Assembly: GCA_025558095.1 (NCBI GenBank)
Contig: JAIVFI010000028.1
Location: 372,001-436,000 of the forward strand
Direction: 5' to 3'
DNA from: Hyaloraphidium curvatum SAG 235-1
Lineage: Eukaryota; Fungi; Monoblepharomycota
DNA length: 64,000 bases
A program made the translations under genes and the position numbers. Position 1 is the stretch's first letter; each line of letters starts with the position of its first letter. Positions 46,101 through 56,566 of this stretch are shown in pieces. The notes beneath the pieces were generated by a model, which saw nothing but the letters and a program-made list of their open reading frames with translations, ran no database searches and had not been told where the DNA came from.

Positions 46101-48746
46101 CGCGATGTTCCGATGGATCCCTACCCGCCGCTCTACACCGGTCCATGGCTGCCAAACGGCGATCCGGACCCGCCGTGCGACATGGCTGTCTTCGATGGTG
46201 GGCATTTTGCTCAGTGACGCACGGGTTCGGAGGCTGATCGGATCCTCACTTTTCCAGGCCAGAATCGGATTTGGCATGGGGGCATGGTCTACTACCTGCA
46301 GGCGACGGCCCAAGGGGACGAATCGGTCCCGATGGATTGGGAGCCCTCTTATTGTGCCAGCAGCAACCTTAACTTCACCACCATGCCTTCCGAGCCTCCG
46401 GCGGACTGCGGCATCCCCGCCGCGGTCCCGCCGGAACCCCCGCCCTTTTTCTCCTTCGTCGAACCACCAGCCTCGACTTCTCTCCCTGCCTCCATTCCCC
46501 CGGAACCGCCCCCGCATTGGGTGCACGACCCGTGCTCGTGCTGTCAAGATGCCGCCTGCAAGGCCGTGGACTGTGCGCCCAAGGTGTTCGCGCCCCTGAG
46601 CTCGGGGCACAACGACCCTCCCTGCGCGACTGTCTCGCCCGGTGACTCGGTGCCCGAGACTTCTGTGCATCCATGCGCGGCCCTTCCTTTCCCCGACTTC
46701 TCGCCGCCACTTCCTTCCCCCTTCCTTTCTTGCTTCCCTCCCGAAGTCGTCGTTTGCGCGGTCGAACCGTCGCCGCCGACGGTAACGGTCGAGGGCAAGT
46801 TCGCTGCCCCCGTACCTCCTCAGCTGGCCCCGACCCCGGTTCCGCTCCCGCCGCGTTCTGCCGAGCCGTTGCCGCGGCCCCCGGTCGACTTCAAGACTGG
46901 CATTCCCGTCTACTACCTCAGCCGCCCTGACCATGTGTCCGTGCTGGCACCCAATCTCCTGCACATGCCGACGCAGGCGGAAATGTTCGAGCGGGCCGAG
47001 CGCGGCGAGCCAGTGGAGGGCGGGGTCGTCGACGTGGATCCGAATCGCTGGTTTCTGGCTGTTGCCAACCGCCGCGTCGACGTGCGGCTCGTTGCCAAGA
47101 GCCTGAACCCCGGGCCGAACGGACGCTACGACTTCGCCAACAGTCATCTGCCGGGGACAACGGAGCGCATCACCGTGACCAATGCCGACGGCACCAAGTC
47201 GCACTACGTGCCGAAGCGGGCGAACCCGTCCAAGGCCGACGGTTCCGTCAGCTTCGGGAGGATCGTCGGCTTCCACCTAGAGCACTCCTGCTCCGATACT
47301 AAGCGGATCGCAAGGTCTTTCGGTCCGTCGCCGCCTGCCGCTGGAGCGTGCAGACACCACCCGCTCTGGGAGCCCAAGATCTCGGAGTTCAAGCCGCCGG
47401 CGCCCGATTCGCGCCCCAACGACGCTGCAAAGGCGGAGAAGCACGCTCGGCGCAACGTCGAACTGTTCCCGACCCCTGGCGGCTGCACGGACGAGTTTGG
47501 TGCCAAGCTGTGGGGCGAGGTCGCTGGTGCCGGCCGTGCGGGGACCCCGGCGCTGCCGGAGCTCATCCTCGGTGTTCCGGCCAAGCTCGACCGCCGCCTG
47601 TGCGGCTACGACAAGGCGGCCGCGCGTCTGAATGCCACCAAGCGGACCACCATGCTGGACGTCAACGATTGCGAGGGCAACCCTGTGCAGAAGTCTCTCC
47701 ACGATTTCGAGCGCGACCTGCCCTCTCAACGCACGACAAACAGTGCAGCCTTCTCGGACTACACGAGGGCGCTGCTGCCACAACTCGACCGCATCCTGGA
47801 CGTCTACTGTTCCGGAGAACGGAGGTGGGCAAGCCAATCCCTGTGGCAACGACTTCGCTCACGCATCCTGCAGCCTGGATCGTGTGCGCACGATTCGCCG
47901 GCGCCGCGAGGTCCTCAGCTGGATCTGTCGCGACATGTGTCGCAACCCGTATTCGGGCAAGTACGATCCACAGACGACCATCGCATACGGCGCCGCGCGA
48001 TTCGGCCATGCGAGCAAGGGCGGCCCGGCCTCCCGGATCGTTCGCTTCAGGGCGGAGCTGGCCAAGGCCGGGATCATGGTCTTGGTCAACGAGTACCTCA
48101 CGTCCCAGATGTGCAGCTGGTGCGGCAGCCGCCGTGATCATCCGACTCGCCTGACGTCCTTTCCAGCTGCAAGACCACCTATGTCGTCGGAATCCGGAAC
48201 CCCGGCTCCAAGGGCGAGGTGCGCGGGGTGAAATACTGTCCCCTCTGCCGCCGCTTCTGGATGCGCGACGTGAACAGTGTGCACTCCATGGAGCACCTCT
48301 TCTGGTTCGGCCTCATCACCGGAGGGGAGCGCCCCTGGCCGTTCAGGCCGGACACCAGGAAGCCGAAGCCGCAGCCCAAGCTCCGAGCTGGGACTGGTGC
48401 AGCGCCGCGCAAGTCCGCGGGTGAGCGCGCTCGCATTCGCGACGGTCATCCCGAGCGTCATCCCGAGCTGATCCGGGAGCTCCAGGTGCCGCCACAGGCC
48501 GCAAGCGTACGGCCGCAAGCGCCGCGAATGGGTCGGTCAAGAAGCTCAAGCCGGCAAGCTGACCTGGCCGCGGAAACAGTTACAAGTTGGCGTGCCATGC
48601 ACCGCGTGGGCGCCATTGCATTTGCTTGATCGAGGTGGAGTCCGTCAGGGACCGCCTTTTATTCGCAGGCTCGATGATGAACATTGCTGCTAGGCCGCAA
48701 AGGATTGCGGCACAGGGGGAACAGTAGCAGTTTCTGAGAGTGTAGC
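40129..48746 (+). mobile_element. Putative Fanzor-carrying IS630/Tc1-like transposon; boundaries tentative
   Basis: Imperfect inverted repeat (14/18) 40124-40141 vs 48734-48751, with TA at 40127-40128 and 48747-48748. Confidence 0.45.
40257..48562 (+). CDS. Single spliced ORF (about 2650 aa): IS630/Tc1-type DDE transposase fused to zinc fingers and a giant Fanzor1 (TnpB-like RuvC) nuclease
   Basis: Introns 42573-42629, 43202-43267, 46198-46257, 47825-47873, 48120-48166 and 48421-48485 are all GT-AG with CTGAY/CTCAC branch points; the first five restore the downstream frame. DDE codons at 40686, 40953, 41124; RuvC D 47037 (VDVDPN), E 48091 (VNEYLTS), D 48267 (RDVN); CSCC...CPLC ribbon. Confidence 0.85.
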
Positions 48747-48765
48747 TAGCGATGGCCAAATAGCG
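48563..48765 (+). ncRNA. Candidate Fanzor omegaRNA scaffold plus flanking guide
   Basis: Directly downstream of the Fanzor stop; stems GCCGCAA-AGGA-TTGCGGC (48694-48711), CTGCTA/TAGCAG (48687-92/48725-30), ATCGAG/CTCGAT (48629-34/48670-75), GTCC/GGAC (48640-52). Confidence 0.45.
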
Positions 48766-48861
48766 CGCCGGGGGCCCAAACAACGCATCGGAACCAAAGC
48801 ATCGGGACCCGGTCTCCCGCCGCGAGCTCTAGAGACCGTAAAGGTCTCCTCGCCGGCGCCG

Positions 48862-50231
48862 ATGGCCCCGATGGCGGCAACACTCGCCCTCCTGGTCGCC
48901 CTCTCCCTGCCGGCGGCGCTGGCACGGAGCTTGCCTTCGTCCCGATTCCCCCACTATCGATGCCAGAACCACACCGAGCACTTCACGGACCCCTCGGTGC
49001 TCGTGAATGTAACGACCTGGGACGGCAACACGGACGGCAGGCCACGCTGGATTTCCGAGTACGACCCTTCTCACGCAGAGGTTATAAACGGGTCGGTCAG
49101 GATGTACCTGACTCCGGACACTCGCCCGGTTGCCAATGAGTGGGGAAGGATCATGGGCTGGCCGGTTGCGATCACGTCGTCGATGTGTACGTCGTGACAA
49201 GGGCGATTCAGGTCTTGTAGTAAGTCTTACTGCTGGAGCCCTCAGGGATCGGCCAGGGCAAGGTCTGCGCTCGGCTGCGCACGGGCAAGGGAGGCGGCAT
49301 TGTTACGGCGTTTATGATGGCTAGCTATTCTCAAGGGTACGAAGTTGACGACGAGCTCGATTGGGAAAGTGGGGATCAGCGACAAAGCGTCCCCGCGTGG
49401 AGGCGACATCGCTGACACCCTCACCGCGCAGTTGTCGGCAAACCCGAATGGCTGTCGGATGCGCAGAGCAACTTTTTCGCCCTGGGAAAGCTCAACTACA
49501 ACAACTCGCAACACTTTTGGGGCGCCCCGAACCTTGCCGAGTCGCAGAACGAGTATTGTTTCGAGCGGACAAAGGACCGGATCCTGTGGGTTTCTGGACG
49601 AGCTTCGGACATGGGAAGTCCTCTTGCTGATCATGTGCCTGCAGATGGATCTTGAACAACCAGACGGTGCGCACTTTGGTCCGGGAGCAGCACAACAGCA
49701 CCGACTTCCCGTACCGGACCGGGGAGCATCGGCTCATGAAGGTCGCCATCTCGCTCTGGGACGGCGGCAGTGGGCCCCAGGGAACGATGGATTGGTATGC
49801 GAAGGATGTACTCGTGCCGTGTCAGCGCTTTGACGCGGCGACGTTCCAGGTCCGGCGGCCCGACCAACTGGGACAACCCCCGCAACCCCGACTACGTCGC
49901 CACGGTCGACTGGATCCGCGTCGAGTGCTACGATTCCGAAGGTGTCGATCCCAGGACCGTGACCTCCTTCCTTCCCCCGCTCTCCACGGGCCGCAGCACG
50001 GCGACTCGCTCGGCGATGACGACAGCTTCGGTCACCTCTGCAGAGCAGTCTAAAACTGCGACCACGAGCACGCAGACGGAAATCGAGTCGCCCCCGCGTA
50101 CGACTAGCTCCGTCAGGAACCAGGAGTCTGAGAACTCTGCGGCATCCAAAGCGGATTGGGCGGCCATGATGACGCTTGCTGCCGAAGGCCTCGGTCTTGC
50201 GCTCTTCATATCATCGTGTTTGTTCATGTAG
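48862..50231 (+). CDS. Secreted GH16 glycoside hydrolase/transglycosylase (Crh-like), probably GPI-anchored
   Basis: Signal peptide; GGIVTAF; DELDWE (ExDxE); ISLWDGG...GTMDW-SGGPTNW; Ser/Thr stalk; hydrophobic C-terminus. Confidence 0.88.
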
Positions 50232-50363
50232 ACATTGGAGCTAGCTAGTTTGTTTGTAGCTTGGACGCATTGTCTGTTGATTGTTGCGGATTGTTTGGGT
50301 GACTCAGCGGTCCGCGACCCTCGACCCCAACCGCCCGGATTGAACAAACCGGCCAGCCCCGTG

Positions 50364-51790
50364 ATGGCCGGTCGACCGATAAATGTTCTTATCACCTACG
50401 CCGATTCCGACCTTGGTTAGCAAGGCATCCAGGGGTGCAGACTGCGGCTGACGGGTCTCCCACCGCCAAAAGCCATTTCCCTCGTGACCTCCCTGAGCAA
50501 AGACCGCCGATGCGGGAGCGTGGCGGTCGGCATTCCTGGACCGCCAAACGATCTTCCCGGCTGGTTGCTCGACGGGTTGACCCCTGAAAAGGAGTTCCTT
50601 TACGATGGCGCAGGGCAGGAAGCCTCCGCCGCATTGGCTCGGTTCGACGCGGTCTGCATCCTTCCATCTGCTGAGGCGGACGACGAAAGCGGCGACGAGT
50701 CTCTCACCTTCCTCAAGAACGTCGTCGCCAATGGAAACGCTGGGAACGTTCTCCTCGTCGACTGGTACCAATCTGATTCGGGAGCACGGCGAGGCAGCGT
50801 CAGGGAGCACTCGGAACTTCGTGCACACCTCGAGAAGGTTTGGCGGTGCGGAAAACACCCCGTTTCAGCTTCCTTACCGTCCGTAGCAGTGCCCAGCAAA
50901 GTCCTGCGCAGCTCTGGCGGCCACTGTGCTCGGGAACTTGCTTCTTTCGATCATGCTCTTCCAGGCCATACCAAAGCGGCTCCTCATGCTGCCTCTGTAA
51001 GCATTCCTCTAGCTGGACGACGCTCCACTGATCGTCTTTCAGGGACGAGGCTCGCTTCTCACCGATCACGTTGTTCGACCTCGCCGAAGCCGCGAAGAAC
51101 ATCCTTCTCTCATGCACGCCCGATACGGAAGGCGCCATGAGCTTTGCTCCGGAGCACAGGGGACGGGGCTACCACGTGACAGGTCCCGAAGCCGTGGACG
51201 GGGTCGAGCTTGCGGAACTCCTCTCGCGATTCACGAGGGGCGACGCGACGGAAGACGGCGGTTTCGCGGGCTACGAAGTGCAGTACGTCTCCTGCTCACG
51301 CAACGAGGCCAAAAGGGTCCTCGTGGACCTTTGCGAGCTGCACGCGATGGGCGGGACCCTCGGAATATCGTCCGAGGGGGATCGCGCGGACGGACTGGCT
51401 TCCTGGACCGTGCGATCGAAGGAGGTGGAGGCGTTCCTGAACCTTTTCGATCACCTCAAGTCGAGCCACGAGAGGGCGGAAGAAGAACTGCGCACCGGGG
51501 CGAGGATCCCCGACGATCCGCTGCATCAGGTCGAGACCTGCGTGACCGAAGATTTGAAGTACTTGATCGGACGCGAGGGGCTCGGCATCTCGGATCTTCT
51601 CGATAAACAGGTAATGAAACATCATCGTCGCATAGCAAAGTTAATGGAACGTCTCCCGCAGCAACTGTCAATAGTCAACGAAGTCCAGCTCTCCAACGCC
51701 CTGTCGCCGCGCAGTTCTCTCTCCCGACGTCAACGCTCCGAGTCGAAGGAAACGCTCTCTGAGACGTCGATGGAAAGCAGCAGCCCGTAG
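50364..51790 (+). CDS. NmrA-like / atypical SDR-fold protein, multi-exon
   Basis: NVLITYADSDLG (degenerate Rossmann), DLAEAAKNIL, YHVTGPEAVDGVELAELLS...VQYV. Confidence 0.6.
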
Positions 51791-51829
51791 CGCAAAGATG
51801 GCGCAGATGTGGTTCGCGGGACTTGTAAC

Positions 51830-53359
51830 TCAGAGGCCGAATCCATTGAGGCTGTGGAGATTGAGATCGTCTTCGAACTGCGGCGTGTCAAAGGCGTCGT
51901 TGTTGCTCCCCATGTCCAGAGTCTTCCAGTCCATCTCGGATATGCTGAACTCGTGGATGTTCACGGCCGGAAAGCGGTTCTTGTGTTCTGCGGACGCATG
52001 ATCAGTGATGCTTTCCGGGAGATGCAGAAACGGCATCACTCACGGTCGTCCCCGTGCAGCTCCCCGAAGTCGAAAGCCGAGTTCGAATCCGATCTCCTGG
52101 TGGACATGAGGATGCCGGCCACGAAAGTTGGGGATCCAGCGAGCGGGTCGTCGGCGTCGGCTGCGCTGTCCATCTTTGCCTCGGGAACGGCGAGTCCGAC
52201 GTTGAGTGGCCCAGGTTTGACGTTGCTCTCGGCTTGGTACGTCTCATCCGAGGTCCGATCCGCTCGAGAATCGCAGGCATCGAATCCATCCCGGAACTGT
52301 CCCTCCGCCATGAGCAGCGATCGATCGGCTTCGTTCATCTTCTGCAGCTGCCGGAAAAAGATGTTGTCCTCCGCAATCTCCTCGGCGACCTCTCCCTGTG
52401 TTGGTTCGGGTTTCTCCATGCCGCTCATCTTGAGGAACGGAACGCGCGTGTTGGACGTCTTGATCAGCAGTTGTTCGGGCGATCCGATCTTGCTCTTGCG
52501 CAGGCCAGAAGGCGTGGTGAAAGGCAGCGCGGACTGCGGAGGAGTCTTGGGGGTCGGGGCAGCGGTCCTGGTGGCGGAGATCGTCCTGGGGGCGAAGTCA
52601 CCGCGAGCCAGTGCGCTCGTTTGCCGGCAAGAGTCGAACCTGTCCACCCTCGGCGTGGCAAAGACCGGCCCAAACGCTTCGCTCGTTCGCAGATCCTCGA
52701 CGGAACTCTCTTGAAAGCCCTTCGGGCTCGGCTCGGTAGGCTCGTCGTCGAAAGCGCCCCAGCCGATTCCTGCCAGTCCGCCTGCCCGCCACCTTGATCC
52801 GGTGTTTCCGGGAGGAGCGGCGAGGAGTTCTCCGGGAAGCCGAGATTCTTCCGAGTGCTTCGGGGCCGCCTTTCGGACGAGTGGGTGCGCCTTGTTGGTG
52901 CCAGATCGGACTACAGTCGCGGCGAAGCCGCCGTGCATCTCGTCGGTCAGCTTGCTCATTCGTTCCTGGGCGATCGGAGTCGCACGGTAAGAGCCAGCTC
53001 CCTCGAGGACCAGAGGACGCGCACCTGCATCTTTGAGAACCTGCTGTTCAGTTTCACACTGCGCTGCGGTGGCGACGTCTCGCGCGCGCCGAGATCGCTC
53101 GAGAACCGAGGAGGAGGCAGGGAGACTAGAACGTAGGATACTTCGCGCTGCTGTCGAAGGAAGGGGAACTTTCCGGAGCGGTTGCCGTTGCCGAAGCGCG
53201 GGGCGGGAAAGGAAGCGGGCTTCGGCTTGCCTGCGGGCTCCCCGCTCCTGCGCGCGGTCGCGTGAGCTCTCCATCCGGCGCGGCGCCAGCAAAAGAATCC
53301 AACTTGGCATGTCGTATGACAAGGAGGTCCGCGCCGTGGTCGGGCGGTTCGAGAGACAT
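51830..53359 (-). CDS. Hypothetical low-complexity protein; exon structure uncertain
   Basis: Long ORF 52036-53439 plus terminal exon ...FPAVNIHEFSISEMDW...GFGL*; no recognised domain. Confidence 0.45.
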
Positions 53360-53456
53360 TCGGTGAGTTGTCGGCTTTGGATCCGCTGATGCGAGCGGCG
53401 TCGGTCGCACGCCTTCACGCAAAACCTCTCCGCGCTCACGGCGGCACTAGCGCGCG

Positions 53457-53817
53457 ATGGCGGCCCAATTACTACCGCTAGGTTCGCGCCGGTGCTTGCG
53501 CTGCTCGATGGCGGCCACTGAGGCCCGCAGCAGAGCTCATCGACAAGTGTGTGGGCTCGCGTCTCTGGATAGTCATGAAGTCGGAGAAGGAGTTCGTGGG
53601 CACGCTACTCGGCTTCGACGATTACGTCAACATGGTGCTCGAGGACGTGACCGAGATGTGCGTTTCACGGCCGAACCTGCGTGGAGGACGGGACTGACGC
53701 GTTGGTGGCAGCGAGCAGACACCGGAAGGCAGGAAGATCACCAAGCTGGACCAGATCCTCCTCAACGGGGCCAACATCTGCATCTTGGTTCCCGGAGGAG
53801 CGCCAGAGGGAATCTGA
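53457..53817 (+). CDS. LSM5: U6 snRNA-associated Sm-like protein LSm5, 2 introns
   Basis: [45 protein letters not shown]...[19 protein letters not shown]. Confidence 0.95.
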
Positions 53818-54132
53818 GGACCGTGGCGGGGCGGTTGCCGGCAGCTTTGGCATGGTGGATGGGTGTGGAAATCGATACCCGCGACATGGACGGCGCGACA
53901 GATCCTACGATAGCCATCGCGGAGGAGCGGTCGAATGTAGTGGAGTTAGTGACAGAGCTTCGTGTTCCTAGCTCTGATACACAGACCGGAGTACGTGATG
54001 GGAAGAGGGAGACACGGGAAGTTTCCACATCAACAGTCTTCCACTCCCGCTTCGGTGGCCTGCCAAATCAAATCGAGCCTTTGCAATCGCAATTGGGAGC
54101 ACGTTCTCAGCGACTGCGGACCGCGTGGCACC

Positions 54133-55431
54133 ATGGCTGGGCGCTTGACGCGTCTTGCCACCGCGGGATACAGTCTCGCACGAAGAACGCGATGCTACGG
54201 CACGGCGGCCGCGCCGGCCGGCTTCTCGGGCGCGCCTCAATCCTCGTACACGGAAGAGTTCGGAAAGGCGCTCCGTTTGCCCCCTTCCGAAGTCATTCCA
54301 ACGTATCGGGCTATCGACGTCGAGGGAAATGTCCTGGACCGCGATGCGGATCGACTTCTCTCCGATGAGACTTTGGCAGCCGTGTGGAGGGAGATGCTGA
54401 CCATTCGGACCTTTGACGATATCATGAACAAGCTGCAGCGACAGGGGAGGTTTAGCTTCTTCATGACCGAGAGCGGAGAGGAATCATCGCTTTTCGGCCT
54501 GGGCCTTGCTTTGAAGCCCGGAGATGTCGTCTTCAATCAGTATCGGGAACAGGCGCTGCTCTTCCACCTCGGAAAGACGCTGCGGGAGCTCTGCAGCTCC
54601 TACATGGCAACGCGTGGCGACGACATGAAGGGACGGCAGATGCCGCAAACCATGACCCACAACGGTCCCGTCAAGTGCGTGACCATGAAGGCCTCGCTCG
54701 GTGAACAGATCCCGCAGGCTGCTGGCTCCGCCTACGCGCTAAAGCGTGCTGGAAAGAAGCAGGTCGTGGCCTGCGTTTTCGGCGACGGGTGCTCTTCGGA
54801 GGGAGATTTTGCCGTGGGCCTCAACATGGCGGCGTCGACAAAAGCCCCGGTTTTGTTCGTGGCCAGGAACAACGGATGGGCAATCTCGACACCCGCTGAC
54901 GGCCAGCAGTATCTCGGCGACGGCGTAGCCGCACGCGGTCCCGCATACGGGATTCCGTCGCTTCGTGTGGACGGGACCGACCTAGTCGCCATGCACCGGG
55001 CCTGCGTCTTCGCCCGCGAACACTGTCTCAGCTCCCCGGACGCCGGCCCCTTCCTGATCGAGGCAATGACGGCTCGTTTGGGATCGCATTCCACGTCGGA
55101 CGAGCAGACTCGGTACAGGGACGAAGCGGAGATCGAACGCTCGTGGAAGAACTTCGATTGCGTTGAAAAGCTGCGGCGCTACATGGTCGGTTCGCGGAAC
55201 CTCGGGACGGCGGTTGATGCCTTTTCCAAGGAGGATGCAACGAAGGCTGTCCTTGAGGCGATCGCTGCCGCCGAAAAGGAGCCGCCGCCGTGGCTGGACG
55301 ACCTGTTCGAGGACGTCTACGCCGCGCCCGATGCGCGCCTGACGCAACAAAGGGATGAGCTGAAGCGCTTGATGGCCAAGTGGGGAACCAACGCCTTTGG
55401 CGCGGACGGGCGGTGGGAGTGGAGGCAATAA
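54133..55431 (+). CDS. Branched-chain 2-oxoacid dehydrogenase E1 alpha-like subunit, intronless
   Basis: QRQGRFSFFMT, QYREQ, KGRQMP, QIPQAAG, FGDGCSSEGDF (ThDP motif), RNNGWAIST, HSTSD, LFEDVY; mitochondrial-type presequence. Confidence 0.9.
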   Translation: MAGRLTRLATAGYSLARRTRCYGTAAAPAGFSGAPQSSYTEEFGKALRLPPSEVIPTYRAIDVEGNVLDRDADRLLSDETLAAVWREMLTIRTFDDIMNKLQRQGRFSFFMTESGEESSLFGLGLALKPGDVVFNQYREQALLFHLGKTLRELCSSYMATRGDDMKGRQMPQTMTHNGPVKCVTMKASLGEQIPQAAGSAYALKRAGKKQVVACVFGDGCSSEGDFAVGLNMAASTKAPVLFVARNNGWAISTPADGQQYLGDGVAARGPAYGIPSLRVDGTDLVAMHRACVFAREHCLSSPDAGPFLIEAMTARLGSHSTSDEQTRYRDEAEIERSWKNFDCVEKLRRYMVGSRNLGTAVDAFSKEDATKAVLEAIAAAEKEPPPWLDDLFEDVYAAPDARLTQQRDELKRLMAKWGTNAFGADGRWEWRQ

Positions 55432-55453
55432 ACCCCACTCTCTCTCTATGTCC

Positions 55454-56284
55454 TTAGATCTTTCCCAGCTGCACGGCGTGCACCCGGCGTCCGATCTCGT
55501 TGCCATCCCGTCCAAGCGACCGCTCGACGTAGCGCACGGTGCCGTCCCGGCGCGCGAGCACGACCGTGGATGCCCGGGTCCCGTAGTCGATCCCCGGGAG
55601 GATGTATCGGATTGCGCGGGCGCCGACGCCATAATAGCCCTCGCCTTCGTGTTCAGAATCGTCCCACAGGAGGGTCAGCAGGTCTTCGACGAGCCGGTCC
55701 TCTTCCGCGTCCGAAGCTTCCCCGGTCGCGGGGATCCGCGTCAGCAGCTCTTCGATCTGACGCTTGCCGTGGACTAGCTTCGGCCACGGCGTTTCCAAGG
55801 TGGCATTCGATAGTCCGTAGAGCGCATTGGGCGCTAGCGCACTTTCCGCCTCTCCCCCATCCGCCCCCTGGTTCGTGAAGAAGTGTGCCGAGGTCGGCTC
55901 TTCCCCCACGCTGCCAAAGATGACGTTGAAGCCCTCGTACTCGGGTCCGTCCCGTTTCAGCTCCGCGAGGAACTGCTCCGCTGCCCCATTGGACGCGGGG
56001 AACTTGAGCCACCGGTCGACAATCTCGCCGCGGGAACGTCCTTCCCCCGGGACCTTGCGCGGCCCGGGCTTGTGCACGTTCGTCAGGCCGCCCCAGCGTC
56101 CGGAAACGACGTCCAGCCCGAGCCAGGTGCCCTTGGCCACCGCATCCCGGCCGGCGAGGATGCTCGGGGCGTCCGGCCACCGGTGTAGCGGCTCCGTTGC
56201 CCGCGAAAAGACTTCCTCGCGGTTCGACGCGATGACCAGGCGGTAACGCGGGTGGTGAGCGTGGCAGACGAAAATGATGCACAT
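55454..56284 (-). CDS. TANGO2/NRDE family (DUF833) protein, intronless
   Basis: MCIIF...ASNREE, AGRD...GTWLG, LTNV, SRGEIV, GFNVI, GLSN, WPK, YGTRASTVV. Confidence 0.92.
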   Translation of the reverse strand: MCIIFVCHAHHPRYRLVIASNREEVFSRATEPLHRWPDAPSILAGRDAVAKGTWLGLDVVSGRWGGLTNVHKPGPRKVPGEGRSRGEIVDRWLKFPASNGAAEQFLAELKRDGPEYEGFNVIFGSVGEEPTSAHFFTNQGADGGEAESALAPNALYGLSNATLETPWPKLVHGKRQIEELLTRIPATGEASDAEEDRLVEDLLTLLWDDSEHEGEGYYGVGARAIRYILPGIDYGTRASTVVLARRDGTVRYVERSLGRDGNEIGRRVHAVQLGKI

Positions 56285-56566
56285 CGCGACAAGCGGTTTC
56301 GACGGGCGGAGAAGATTCTCGTCGGGAGACGTCGGCCCGCAACAGAGGTTTCGCCGCGCCGCGCCGCGACCCGCCACCGCCGCCACCGCGAGCCACCGCG
56401 AGCCACCCGCCGTCAGCGTAGAATGAGGGGATTGGCCCTCTCGCAGTGTGACATTTCTTGTTCAGAACCTCTCCGGCGTGACTTCAGTGGCGACGCTTGG
56501 CGACTTGAGGTGGCAGTGATGAAAGCGTGATTCATCGCTGCCACCTCACCCACTCAGAGCTCTACG

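Noticed and set aside
42120-47276. Long minus-strand ORFs (42120-44135, 45687-47276) opposite the Fanzor gene
   Set aside because: Antisense shadows of GC-rich coding sequence; no motifs.
48219-48629. Unspliced Fanzor C-terminus ending at 48629
   Set aside because: A strong GTGAGC donor, GCTGAT branch point and CTCCAG acceptor give a more plausible NLS-like end at 48562; kept only as an alternative.
48811-48848. GAGACC-GTAAA-GGTCTC hairpin as part of the omegaRNA
   Set aside because: It lies beyond the best right-end candidate and just upstream of the GH16 start; cannot be assigned.
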